A DNA stretch of 64,000 nt from Lentisphaerota bacterium (GCA_021413965.1 JAIOPI010000022.1:120951-184950), one strand, 5' to 3'. Shown: positions 26,762 to 36,571, counted from the first letter of the stretch. Numbers and translations are program-made. Notes: generated from the sequence alone by a model not told the origin.

Positions 26762-28761
26762 CAGACAGCGAACCAAACAAGGCGGCGCGCCTGAACCTTG
26801 GCGCCCGCATCGATGCGCTGGATGCGGCCATCCAGGGGCTCAGCTCACATGACTCCGACGCCGAGAGCACCCTGCGGGCCTTGGCGGCGTCCACCGTGGA
26901 GCAGGCGGCCAACCATCCTGCGTGGTCTGCGGTGCGCGAGTCCGCCGATCGACTGGCGAAGGCCGAGCCCCCGCAACTGGCGGCCTCAGCCCAGAACTTG
27001 ATTGGGCGCCTGCGCGAAGCCGCATCGTCTCAGCGCCTGGAGCCCGCCATTGTGCTCGTCGGCGGCGAACCGGATTTCTTCGCCCAGTTAGGCGACGCGC
27101 TGTCCCATGTCGGGCGTCCCCTCCTGCATGCCCCGACCGGCGCCGAGGCCCGGCACCTGCTGAAGGAGCGCTCGGCAATCTGCATTGTGTTGCACGTCGT
27201 GCTGCCTGATCTTGATGGCCGCATCCTGCTGTCGCGCTTGCGCGAACTTCCCATCACCGCCTCGATCCCTGTTCTCCTGCTAGCCGAGCGCATTGACGAG
27301 TCCCTCAAGGAGGAGAGCCTGCTGCACGCCGCGGACGGCTACCTGGAACACACCCGCGACTGCGCCGCCATTGTCCAGTGGGTCAGCGGCCGGCTGCGCC
27401 GGGCGCCCGAAGCCGCCCGCGCCGCCCGGCGTGATGCGCTGACCGGCCTGCTGAACCGGGCCGCCCTGCGCGAGGCCTTTGAGCGCGTCCAGAAGGAATG
27501 CGCAGATCGCAACGACCCGCTTTCGCTGGCCACCATCTCGGTCGACAATTCCCGCGCCCTGCTACATCGCTTCGATACCGATACACGCGAGGATCTCCTG
27601 CAGACCTTCGGCGTGCTGCTGTCCAGTTCGCTGCGCTCGACGGACATCGTCGCGCGATGGGGACTGTATGAGTTCACGGCGCTGTTTCCGGGCGAGGACC
27701 ACACCGGCGGGACGCGCGCCGTCGAGAAGGTCATCGAGAAACTGCGCGACCAGACTTTTGAAACGGCCGGCGGTGAAACCGTCCGACTGTCGATCGCCGC
27801 CGGCGTCGTCGCCGTCCAGCCGACCGATGCGCTGGACGACGTCATCGCGCAGGCCGATCACTTCGTCTATCAAGCCACGGCCAAGGGCGGCAACGTGGTC
27901 GTGTCCGAACAGGCTCCCGCCCCCGCGCGCCGGCAGCCCCGCGTGTCCCTGCTCGTGCGTGACAGCGTCACCACGCAGGTCCTGCGGCAACTGCTGGAGA
28001 AAGACAGCTTCGACGTCACGTGCCTGGAACAGTGGGACGACAACGTCGCGGCCGAGTTTGCACGCCATCGCCCCCACCTGGTCATCATCGACGAGCGGTT
28101 CCCGCCTGCAGGCGGAATCGAGATCTTGAAGACCCTGCGCCAGGACCCCCAGAACAGCCGTCTGCCCATCATCATGCTGGTGGCGGGAAATTCGGAGAAC
28201 GCCGTCTCGCAGGCGCTGGCCCACGGTGCCAACGACTACATTGTGCGGCCCTTCTCTCCCTTCTCCTTCGTCAGCCGCACGCACCGCCTGCTCTCGCGCG
28301 GCGCGGTCCCGGGCGGGGACCTCTGCCGCATCTTGATCGTGTCGGATGAGGCCCCGCCCCTGGTCCTGCTCGGGTCTGGGCTCCATCAGCGCGGCGAGTT
28401 TGAGGTGCTGCTGGCGCGTGGCGGCAAGCAGGGCCTGGCGCGCCTGCAAGCCGAGGCGCCCGACGTGTTGCTGGTGGACACCCCCATCGGCCCCGTCGAC
28501 GGCAAGCCTTTCTGGGAGGCCTTGACCGAGCAGGTCGCAGGCACACCGCTGACCGTCGTCGTGGCCGAGGCGTCGAGCCACGCGAAGCCCCCGACGTACC
28601 CCATCCCCGTCCGCGGTCACATCAAGAAGCCGTTTTCGCCACTCAAGGTCGGCAGCGAACTCGAGAATCTGCTCGGGCTGACCCCATCGCCGCGACGAAG
28701 CGAGGAAGCGAACCAACATCTCAACGCCGAGATCCGCCAGGTGATGAAGAAGGACCGGTAG
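26758..28761 (+). CDS. Degenerate Hpt-REC-GGDEF-REC-REC signalling protein (probable c-di-GMP receptor)
   Basis: DALTGLLNR, I-site RSTD, active site GLYEF. REC1 has His at the phospho-Asp position (IVLHVVLPDLDG); REC2 VIIDE and REC3 LLVD. ATGA overlap with the upstream gene. Confidence 0.85.
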   Translation: MTDSEPNKAARLNLGARIDALDAAIQGLSSHDSDAESTLRALAASTVEQAANHPAWSAVRESADRLAKAEPPQLAASAQNLIGRLREAASSQRLEPAIVLVGGEPDFFAQLGDALSHVGRPLLHAPTGAEARHLLKERSAICIVLHVVLPDLDGRILLSRLRELPITASIPVLLLAERIDESLKEESLLHAADGYLEHTRDCAAIVQWVSGRLRRAPEAARAARRDALTGLLNRAALREAFERVQKECADRNDPLSLATISVDNSRALLHRFDTDTREDLLQTFGVLLSSSLRSTDIVARWGLYEFTALFPGEDHTGGTRAVEKVIEKLRDQTFETAGGETVRLSIAAGVVAVQPTDALDDVIAQADHFVYQATAKGGNVVVSEQAPAPARRQPRVSLLVRDSVTTQVLRQLLEKDSFDVTCLEQWDDNVAAEFARHRPHLVIIDERFPPAGGIEILKTLRQDPQNSRLPIIMLVAGNSENAVSQALAHGANDYIVRPFSPFSFVSRTHRLLSRGAVPGGDLCRILIVSDEAPPLVLLGSGLHQRGEFEVLLARGGKQGLARLQAEAPDVLLVDTPIGPVDGKPFWEALTEQVAGTPLTVVVAEASSHAKPPTYPIPVRGHIKKPFSPLKVGSELENLLGLTPSPRRSEEANQHLNAEIRQVMKKDR

Positions 28762-28870
28762 GACCTCTCTCGCCGCATCGCGACGTCCACAAGTCCGCCA
28801 CCATCATGATTCCCGATGCCGGACATGGCGTGTGGCCTCTGCGATCTGGTGATCGCCCCATCGAGCCGTC

Positions 28871-29671
28871 ATGAAGAACGAGCCACACACCGTCGCCGCG
28901 CCGGGACAGGGCCTTTGGGGCGGGCGGCTGCTGACTTTTGAATCCCTCCCCTCCACCAACCAATGGGCACTGGACCATGCCGCGGATGCCCGGCATGGTG
29001 ACATCATCCGCGCCGTGCAGCAGACCGCCGGACGCGGGCGGTTCAATCGCCAGTGGCTGTCGCCGGGAGGGCGCGAACTCACGCTGTCCGTTTGCCTCCA
29101 CCTGCCGGGGGCCACCGGACAGACAATGGGCTGGCTCGGCCCGGCGGTCGCGCTCGCCATTCACACCGCGGTGGCCACGCACGGCATTACGGCCAAGGTG
29201 AAGTGGCCCAATGACGTGCTCGTCGGGCGCCGGAAATTGGCGGGCATTCTCTGTGAGCGTGACTTGCGAACGAGCATGGTCGTGGTGGGCATGGGGCTCA
29301 ATGTGAACCTTAAGCCGGACGCGATGAACCACCTCGCCGCGCCGCAGCCGGTAACGTCCATGCACATGGAAACCGGGCGGGAACTGGAACCCGAACTCGT
29401 CCTTCAAGCCCTGCGGGCGGCCCTGGAACGGTTCCTGCCCCTTGCCATGGGCGGGGCATGCGCAGGACTCCAGCAGGCTTGGGCCGAACACGATGGACTC
29501 TCCGGGCAGCGCGTGCGGTTGACGACGACCAGTGGCGAAGTCGAAGGCGACTATGCAGGCCTGACGCCAGAAGGCTACCTCCGGCTGCGTGTAGCCGCCG
29601 GTACAGAGCGCGTATTCCTGAGTGGAGACGTGACGCTGGCTGCCCCGCGCGACGTTCCTACTCCAGAATGA
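28871..29671 (+). CDS. birA: Biotin--[acetyl-CoA carboxylase] ligase without N-terminal HTH
   Basis: STN, QTAGRGR..RQWLSP, KWPNDV, KLAGIL, GMGLNVN, SGDV. Confidence 0.95.
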   Translation: MKNEPHTVAAPGQGLWGGRLLTFESLPSTNQWALDHAADARHGDIIRAVQQTAGRGRFNRQWLSPGGRELTLSVCLHLPGATGQTMGWLGPAVALAIHTAVATHGITAKVKWPNDVLVGRRKLAGILCERDLRTSMVVVGMGLNVNLKPDAMNHLAAPQPVTSMHMETGRELEPELVLQALRAALERFLPLAMGGACAGLQQAWAEHDGLSGQRVRLTTTSGEVEGDYAGLTPEGYLRLRVAAGTERVFLSGDVTLAAPRDVPTPE

Positions 29672-30170
29672 TGCAGATGTTGTCGCTGTCGTACACGTTC
29701 AACCCCGTTCGGTTGGGGCCAAACGAACCCACCACACGGTGCGTGCCGCCATTGATTTCGTAGTCAGGATCGAAGAAGTAGTTACTCCCCCAAGGATCCT
29801 TCTCCAATTTGCGCAGATAGGGCCCCTTCCAATTCACATAAGCGCTCGAAGCCGAGAGAATACCGGCGCCCGCTGTGCCCAGATTCGACACCTCGTCGTT
29901 GGAGGCATGGCTCCCGGGTACATTGTCTATTTCGTAACCATTGGGCACAAAATGCGTATCCCACATCAACTGGCGAATCGCCGTCGCCAGCATCTGAAGC
30001 TCCGCCTGGGCTTCTTTGCGCTTCGCATCCGTACGCGCTTTCTTGTAGCTGGGGACGGCCACCGCCAGCAGAATGCCGACAATGCCCAGTACAATCATGA
30101 TTTCGACCATGCTGAAACCCTGCCGGCACCCGCGCCCCTTGGCGAACGTCTTCGCCGAATCTGTATGCAT
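29658..30170 (-). CDS. Type IV pilin-like / GspG-like pseudopilin
   Basis: Prepilin site G/FSMVEIMIV; GspG-like WKGPYL..DPWGSNY..SFGPN..D.DNI C-terminus; start reassigned to MHTDSAK. Confidence 0.85.
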   Translation of the reverse strand: MHTDSAKTFAKGRGCRQGFSMVEIMIVLGIVGILLAVAVPSYKKARTDAKRKEAQAELQMLATAIRQLMWDTHFVPNGYEIDNVPGSHASNDEVSNLGTAGAGILSASSAYVNWKGPYLRKLEKDPWGSNYFFDPDYEINGGTHRVVGSFGPNRTGLNVYDSDNICIILE

Positions 30171-30506
30171 GCCTTGCCCCCTCTTGTGGCGAGAGCCACC
30201 AACACATTCACGCTTTCGAAGCCCAACGAGAACCAACGGCACTCTAGCACGATATGTGCCAGAGATTGAACGCATTAGCGCAGGCGAAGGGGTCCCAATC
30301 GCGGCCATTTCTGCACGATGAACCGCTCCCCTTTTGCTAATTCAAGTACGTTTTAGCGTCAATTAATCTCGACTCCGAGCACAAACCACCGGATCATACC
30401 GGAAGCAAGAATTTAGATTGTCGCAAATTATCACTCATTGTGCGAAATATTCTCACAATCAAGAAGTTTACGCCGCATACAGAGCCTCAGAGGCGATAAT
30501 CCGGCT

Positions 30507-30522
30507 TGGCATAGGGGTTGCT
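30507..30522 (+). promoter_or_regulatory. Sigma54 (-24/-12) promoter of the minor pilin operon
   Basis: TGGCAT-AGGGG-TTGCT, 32 nt before ATG 30555. AT-rich upstream region with the palindrome ATTGTGCGAAATATTCTCACAAT. Confidence 0.8.
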
Positions 30523-30554
30523 TGAATTCGGGTGGTCCGCGGGAGAGGACTGGC

Positions 30555-31022
30555 ATGGCCATGTTTCACAAAACTGATGACGTCACGATAGACGAGGCAC
30601 CGGCGCACCCGCCTGCCAAGTCACGCGCCGGTGTCGGCCTGATCGAAGTGGTCATTGCGCTATTCATCTTCGCCGGCAGTGTGGCCGGCATGTGCGCGCT
30701 GGTGCTGATGGTTCGCGAAGCGAGCGACCGTGCACGCGATCACTACGTAGCCGTTAACCTGGCCAAGAACCGGTTGGAGCGCGCCAAGAGTTTCGGGTTC
30801 AGCCAACTCAGCCTATTTGCGGAGAACCAGGTGCCGATGAACAGTCAGGGGGCGCCAAACGCGAAAGGCGATTTTCGCCGGACCACGGTGGTCTCGAACA
30901 TTGCCGCCAACCTGACCGAAGTGCGGGTCACGGTGGAAATCCGCAATCGTGACACGTGGGAGTTTGTGCCTGGCGAAGAAGATATCCGGTCCTATGTGGC
31001 CGACATCACGGAGCACCCATGA
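30555..31022 (+). CDS. Minor pilin, PilV/GspI-like
   Basis: RAG/VGLIEVVIAL prepilin motif, AVNLAKNRLE helix, FRRTTVV; GAGAGG RBS. Confidence 0.8.
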   Translation: MAMFHKTDDVTIDEAPAHPPAKSRAGVGLIEVVIALFIFAGSVAGMCALVLMVREASDRARDHYVAVNLAKNRLERAKSFGFSQLSLFAENQVPMNSQGAPNAKGDFRRTTVVSNIAANLTEVRVTVEIRNRDTWEFVPGEEDIRSYVADITEHP

Positions 31023-33100
31023 TCACGGCTCCCCCCCGCACCGCCTCCGGCTTCACCCTGGTCGAAATGGTTATCGCCACGTCGATCCTCGTGGTCGCCA
31101 TGGCGCTCGCCATGACCGGCTATGTGTACATCTGGGCCGAAACCAACAAGAGCATCACGCAGGACGAACTCGATATCCAGGTCCAGCAATCCATCGAGGA
31201 AATCAAGAAGGACCTCCGCCTGACGGCACTCGAGAAAATCTATTACTTTCCCGAGGGCGCGGTCACCAACACGGCCATCAGCATGCCCCTGGCACGCGAC
31301 ACCGACGGCGATGGCGCTGTGGACGTGGGGGCCGACGGCAAGATCGTGTGGGATCGGACGGTGATCTATCACGTTTGGGCCGGGAATCCGACCCAGTTGC
31401 GCAAGACCACCTTCTCGCCGCGCGACAATTCGCTGACGGTCACGCAGCTGCAGGAGCAGCTGAACAGCGTGGCAACGGTCGGCAATGGCACCGCCACGTA
31501 TAACTCCTCGAATGCCACCACCAAGGTCATCTTCCAGAATCTGTTCACCTGGAGCGTGCAGCCCCAGAGTTCGAGCTTTGACGGCTACTCCGCCACGAAC
31601 ATGCGCAGCCTGGATGCAGTTCTCGGCTCGACGGTGCTGAGCAATGGCAACCAGACCCTGCGGTTCCGCGTGACCGGCAAGAACCCCAGTTCGTCCGGCT
31701 ACCGCGTCGGCCTGGATACGCTCTTCATGTCCCCGTCCTACGGCGTCCGCGAGGCGGAGGCACAGTTGCCGGCCACGGCGGTCGTGGGCACGACCATTCC
31801 GACCAATGTGTACATGAATGCCGGTTCGTGGAGCGGGAATTATCACTTGTCCTTCCCCGCGACGGCCACGAATCAATCCTTCACACTCACACTGCCGAAC
31901 GACCGGTGGGAGGAAACCAACTTCCGCAGCACCGGCGAATTGCACGACGACACATCCGTCTTCTTCGATACGAGCCTGGCGCCCACCGACTTCGTCGTCG
32001 CCCTGGAAGGCAACTACAGCTACAACTGGTGGGCCACCAACCAAACCGGCGACGCCTACGGTGGGCAGACCGTGGCCGACAATGTCAAGGGCGCCGCCGT
32101 GCGCGTGCTGATCCGCGGCCGGAACATGGAGCCCGGCAAGGCCATCGATTTCAGCGGCGGCAAGACCTGGGTGCTCTTCCGGTCAGGCACCGGCCCGCTC
32201 ACCATCACGGACGCATTCATCGCCGAAGCCAATGCCACGGATGGAATCGCCACGATGGACGCGGTGCCCGGCACCACCACGCGCCTGAGATTCGGCGGCG
32301 CAAACAGTCTCTCCTTAAGCAGCAGCGGCAGCGCGTCGTGGTGCGACCAGGCGTCCACCTTCCCCATCGACAAGCGCAAGAGCTACCTGGTGACCTATCT
32401 GGTCAGCCCCACGGCGGGCTATGGCAACGCCTGGCGCTGGCTTGAGACCAACACGATGGATTACGTGGGAGCCTACATGATTGCCGCCTCCAACAGCCCC
32501 ACGGCAGGCACGGCCGCCGCCGAGAATTGGAGTACACGTTCGGACGTCTACACCACCAATTCCATTCCGGCCGTCTGGGCCACGTGGGTGACCTATCCCA
32601 CCAACGGAACCTACACGTCGGCCATCTTCGATACGCAACACAACGCGGCTCCGTTCACCGGCATCGCGTGGAACTCCGTCATTCCGTCGGGTGGTTACCT
32701 CGGCATGCGGGTCCGCTCGGGCAATAGCAACGACCTCTCGGACGCCGCCAGCTGGACCAACCTCGCCGCCATGACCTCACCCGGGGCGATCAATCCCGGC
32801 AACAAGCGCTACGTTCAGTTCCAGGCCACCCTCCGACCCTCGTCCGGGGGGAACCTGACGCCCAAGCTGCGCGATGTGGCCATCAGTTGGCCGGCGGAGA
32901 CCAGGATCGTGGACATTGGCGGGACGTTCACCAAAGGCCCGGATTACGGCATTTTCGAAATGCTGGTGAACGGACAGGCGATCAAGAAGGGCGTGGTTGT
33001 GAATCTGGAGATCTTCGATTACACGCGCGCCCACGGGACCAGCAACCGCATCACCTCGGCCGCCACCACTGAAGTGACGCCGCGCAACAGTGGCCGCTGA
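31019..33100 (+). CDS. Large minor pilin, PilW/GspJ-like (693 aa), with inserted beta-sandwich domains
   Basis: SG/FTLVEMVIA, IEEIKKDLR, C-terminal EVTPRN; ATGA overlap with pilV-like gene. Confidence 0.85.
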   Translation: MITAPPRTASGFTLVEMVIATSILVVAMALAMTGYVYIWAETNKSITQDELDIQVQQSIEEIKKDLRLTALEKIYYFPEGAVTNTAISMPLARDTDGDGAVDVGADGKIVWDRTVIYHVWAGNPTQLRKTTFSPRDNSLTVTQLQEQLNSVATVGNGTATYNSSNATTKVIFQNLFTWSVQPQSSSFDGYSATNMRSLDAVLGSTVLSNGNQTLRFRVTGKNPSSSGYRVGLDTLFMSPSYGVREAEAQLPATAVVGTTIPTNVYMNAGSWSGNYHLSFPATATNQSFTLTLPNDRWEETNFRSTGELHDDTSVFFDTSLAPTDFVVALEGNYSYNWWATNQTGDAYGGQTVADNVKGAAVRVLIRGRNMEPGKAIDFSGGKTWVLFRSGTGPLTITDAFIAEANATDGIATMDAVPGTTTRLRFGGANSLSLSSSGSASWCDQASTFPIDKRKSYLVTYLVSPTAGYGNAWRWLETNTMDYVGAYMIAASNSPTAGTAAAENWSTRSDVYTTNSIPAVWATWVTYPTNGTYTSAIFDTQHNAAPFTGIAWNSVIPSGGYLGMRVRSGNSNDLSDAASWTNLAAMTSPGAINPGNKRYVQFQATLRPSSGGNLTPKLRDVAISWPAETRIVDIGGTFTKGPDYGIFEMLVNGQAIKKGVVVNLEIFDYTRAHGTSNRITSAATTEVTPRNSGR

Positions 33101-33233
33101 TGGTGGGCCGGATTCGAGAATGGACGAGATGGTGCAATCGTCGGCGGGACGTCACGTGCGGCGCCCCGTGAAGGGGCGCGCGGGGATTGCCAACGTTGGG
33201 TCGGACGTGTTCGGAGTAAAGGAGGAAGTGGTC

Positions 33234-34397
33234 ATGCAAACGTCGCACCGCAGTTCAAACAGGCGTGAGGGGTCCGCCCTGTTCACGGTCATGCTGATCG
33301 TCCTGGTGATTGCCGCCCTGTTGGGCATCACCTGCAAAGCCAGCGTTCAACGCGTCTTCACCGCCCGCAAACTGGCGGACCGCGTACGCGCGCTGTCCAT
33401 TGCCGAAGCCGGCGCCAACAAGGCCTACGCCATTCTGCAGAATGACTTCAATGCGCGGCTCGATGACACGCCATTCCCACTCACGTCCTATGCGGGCGGC
33501 ACTTATGATGTCAGCGTGGCGACCGTGGGCGTGTTTGTGGCCGTGGTCTCCAGCGAGGGGCACTATGGTACGGCCGACGCGCAGGTTGTTGTCGACGTGA
33601 AGAACTACGGCGCGAGCTCGAATGCCGTACAAAACTCGTCCGCGCTGAACTACTCGATCTTGTGTGGCGGCACCTTCGATTTTGGCGGCTGCGGCACGAT
33701 CAGCAGTTCCAACGGCGCGGCCCTGCTGCACTCCAATGGAGGCCTGACCATACGCGGTGACGCCCAGGTGGGACTGGACATCCGCTCCTCAACCAAGATC
33801 ACCCTGTCCAACGGCGTGGATATCAACGGTCGCGTGACGTCGCCCACGCTGTCGTACAACGCGTCCAAAGTCACGTCCACGGGCGGCTTCTTCCAGCAGG
33901 CCGTGCCGCTGGTGCCGATCCCCGATCTCGACTTCACGCCGTTCAATGCCTGGGCCGCTAGTCACGGAGAGGTCAAGAATGGCGGCTGGTCGCTGAGCGG
34001 CGGCACCTACAACGCCAACGGCGGCGTGATCTGGGTCAACGGTGATGTCCAGATTTCCAGTTCAACCATTGTCAACGGGTCGATCTTTGCCACCGGGAGC
34101 ATCAAACTCGCCGGCTCGGCGGTCATCAACCACGGCGATTCCGGCATCGCCATCGCCGCGCGCGATGGCAACATCGACTACCAGACCAGCGGCGCCACCT
34201 ACGGGATGATCTATGCCAAGACCGGCAGTTTCACGCAGACATCAAACGGTCGCATGGAAGGGCAGATGATCATCAAGGGCAACATCAACAAGGGCGGCGC
34301 TTCCGACGAAATGTTGTATGTCAAAACGATCCTGACCACGCCCGGTGTGACGTCGAGCGCCTCCGATCTGATAGGCGTTTCGGCCTGGCAGAAGTAG
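33234..34397 (+). CDS. Minor pilin, PilX/GspK-like, with C-terminal beta-solenoid
   Basis: AAGGAGG RBS; REG/SALFTVML (no Glu5), ALSIAEAG, terminal SAWQK; Gly-rich solenoid repeats. Confidence 0.85.
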   Translation: MQTSHRSSNRREGSALFTVMLIVLVIAALLGITCKASVQRVFTARKLADRVRALSIAEAGANKAYAILQNDFNARLDDTPFPLTSYAGGTYDVSVATVGVFVAVVSSEGHYGTADAQVVVDVKNYGASSNAVQNSSALNYSILCGGTFDFGGCGTISSSNGAALLHSNGGLTIRGDAQVGLDIRSSTKITLSNGVDINGRVTSPTLSYNASKVTSTGGFFQQAVPLVPIPDLDFTPFNAWAASHGEVKNGGWSLSGGTYNANGGVIWVNGDVQISSSTIVNGSIFATGSIKLAGSAVINHGDSGIAIAARDGNIDYQTSGATYGMIYAKTGSFTQTSNGRMEGQMIIKGNINKGGASDEMLYVKTILTTPGVTSSASDLIGVSAWQK

Positions 34398-34420
34398 ATC
34401 GCCTTCTTCACGCCTTTCAG

Positions 34421-34458
34421 GAGCCCGGCAGTCGCGCGCTGTCGGGCTCGCTTTTTTT
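34421..34458 (+). terminator. Rho-independent terminator of the minor pilin operon
   Basis: GAGCCCGGCAG/CTGTCGGGCTC stem followed by a T7 tract. Confidence 0.85.
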
Positions 34459-34689
34459 ATGACCGGTCTTCCGGACTCCGGGCCGGCCAGCCGTCGCGTC
34501 CCCCGCCCCTGCCCTACGGACGCGTGGCCCCTCCTGTCACATCCCCCCATGATGGTCGGAACCAGGTGCTTCGCGCTTGCGCGCACCGCCCATTCCCACT
34601 ATCGTCTCCCCCCACTCGACGACACGCATAGTCTGCAGTCGCCCGAGACTGGTCCCAGGGTTTTCTTTCGCAGTACAAGGAGACGCAGG

Positions 34690-36477
34690 ATGACGGCACC
34701 GACGCAAAACAGGAAACTTCTGGCTTGGGTGGACGATGTCACCCGGCTTTGCACGCCCGATCACGTCTATTGGTGCGACGGATCCACCGCCGAATACGCG
34801 CGCTTCATGGATCAGATGGTCGCCTCGGGCATGGCCACCAAGCTGTCAAAGCGCCCCAACAGCTACCATTTTCGCTCGCACGCCTCCGACGTGGCGCGCG
34901 TCGAGGACCGGACCTACATCGCCAGCCGCACCAAGGACGAAGCGGGCCCCACGAACAATTGGGTTGCCCCGGAAGACCTGAAGCAGACGATGCGCGGGCT
35001 GTATGCGGGCTGCATGCAGGGCCGCACCCTGTACGTCATTCCGTTCAGCATGGGCGTCATCGGCAGCCCGATTGCCAAGATTGGCGTGCAAATCACCGAC
35101 TCTCCGTACGTGGTGGTCAACCAGCACATCATGACCCGCGTCGGCACGCGCGTGCTGCAGGCGCTGGGGCAGGACGGCGCTTTCATTCCCTGTCTGCATT
35201 CGGTGGGCGCCCCGCTCAAGCCCGGCGAGCAGGATGTGGCCTGGCCTTGCGCCCCGATCGAGAAGAAGTATATTGCGCACTTCCCCGACGAAAGCCTGAT
35301 CTGGAGCTACGGGTCTGGCTACGGCGGCAACGCGCTGCTGGGCAAGAAGTGCCTGGCCCTGCGCATCGCCTCCGTGATCGCCCGGCGCGAGGGGTGGATG
35401 GCTGAGCACATGCTGATCCTGCGCCTGACCTCTCCCGCAGGCAAACGCTACCACATCGCGGCCGCGTTCCCCTCGGCCTGCGGCAAGACCAACCTCGCCA
35501 TGCTGCGTCCCACCATCCCCGGCTGGACATGTGAGTGCGTCGGCGACGACATCGCCTGGATGAAGATCGGTCCGGATGGACGGCTGCGCGCCATCAACCC
35601 GGAAGCGGGCTTCTTCGGCGTGGCCCCCGGCACGAGTTACAAATCCAACCCCATGGCCATGGACACCATCCGCGAAAACTCGATCTTCACCAACTGTGTC
35701 GTCACCGGCCAGGGCGACATCTGGTGGGAAGACATGGGCGTGCCCTGCGAGGGGGGGACGGACTGGAAGGGGAATCCCTGGACGCCGGGCAAGGGCGAAA
35801 AAGGCGCCCACCCGAACGCGCGTTTCACGGCGCCCGCCCGGCAGTGCCCTGTCATCTGCCCGGATTGGGAAGACCCGGCGGGCGTGCCCATCGATATCTT
35901 CATTTTCGGCGGGCGACGCACGCAGGTCATGCCGTTGGTGCACGAAGCCCTGGATTGGGATCACGGGGTCTTCATGGGCGCCACGGCCGCCAGCGAACCG
36001 ACGGCGGCCGCGCTAGACGTGAAGGCCAAGCTGCGGCGGGATCCGATGGCGATGCTGCCCTTCTGCGGGTACAACGTGGCGGACTACTGGCAGCACTGGT
36101 TCGACATGGGCGACAAGCTCGGCGCCAAGGCTCCTAAAATTTTCTACGTCAATTGGTTCCGCAAGAGCCCGGACGGCAAGTGGCTCTGGCCCGGGTTTGG
36201 TGAAAACGGCCGCGTCCTCAAGTGGATGTGCGAACGTACCGATGGCAAGGTTCAAGGCCAGACGACACCCATCGGGCGGATGCCTGCGGATGGCGAATTT
36301 GACCTGACGGGGCTGCCCATGAGCAAGGCCGAGTGGGATGAGCTGATGCGCGTGGATCTGGGCGCATTCAAAGCCGAACTGACGGATCTGGACGATTACA
36401 TGGCGCAATTTGGCAGCCGGTTGCCGGCCCGCATGCGCGCGCAGGTGGCAAGCTACAAGCAGCGCTTGGGCGATTGA
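34690..36477 (+). CDS. pckG: Phosphoenolpyruvate carboxykinase (GTP)
   Basis: DVARVE, GPTNNW, GSGYGGNALLGKKC, AFPSACGKTNLAM, GDDIAW, AHPNARF, NWFRK; AGGAG RBS. Confidence 0.97.
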   Translation: MTAPTQNRKLLAWVDDVTRLCTPDHVYWCDGSTAEYARFMDQMVASGMATKLSKRPNSYHFRSHASDVARVEDRTYIASRTKDEAGPTNNWVAPEDLKQTMRGLYAGCMQGRTLYVIPFSMGVIGSPIAKIGVQITDSPYVVVNQHIMTRVGTRVLQALGQDGAFIPCLHSVGAPLKPGEQDVAWPCAPIEKKYIAHFPDESLIWSYGSGYGGNALLGKKCLALRIASVIARREGWMAEHMLILRLTSPAGKRYHIAAAFPSACGKTNLAMLRPTIPGWTCECVGDDIAWMKIGPDGRLRAINPEAGFFGVAPGTSYKSNPMAMDTIRENSIFTNCVVTGQGDIWWEDMGVPCEGGTDWKGNPWTPGKGEKGAHPNARFTAPARQCPVICPDWEDPAGVPIDIFIFGGRRTQVMPLVHEALDWDHGVFMGATAASEPTAAALDVKAKLRRDPMAMLPFCGYNVADYWQHWFDMGDKLGAKAPKIFYVNWFRKSPDGKWLWPGFGENGRVLKWMCERTDGKVQGQTTPIGRMPADGEFDLTGLPMSKAEWDELMRVDLGAFKAELTDLDDYMAQFGSRLPARMRAQVASYKQRLGD

Positions 36478-36502
36478 CGCCCACCACCCGACCCGCTATA
36501 GT
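36474..36502 (+). promoter_or_regulatory. Sigma70 promoter of the tRNA gene
   Basis: TTGACG-17 nt-TATAGT. Confidence 0.7.
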
Positions 36503-36571
36503 TTCGGTTCGTTTGCCGGGGAAAACGCAAGCGGTTGGTGGATGCCCGCAGCCCAAATCCACATTAGGCAC

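Noticed and set aside
26758-28761. Active diguanylate cyclase
   Set aside because: GGDEF is replaced by GLYEF, and the metal- and guanine-binding residues are lost
20993-29671. Short convergent 3' overlaps (20993-21012 and 29658-29671) as antisense regulation
   Set aside because: Overlaps of 14-20 nt are common in compact GC-rich genomes and there is no further supporting signal
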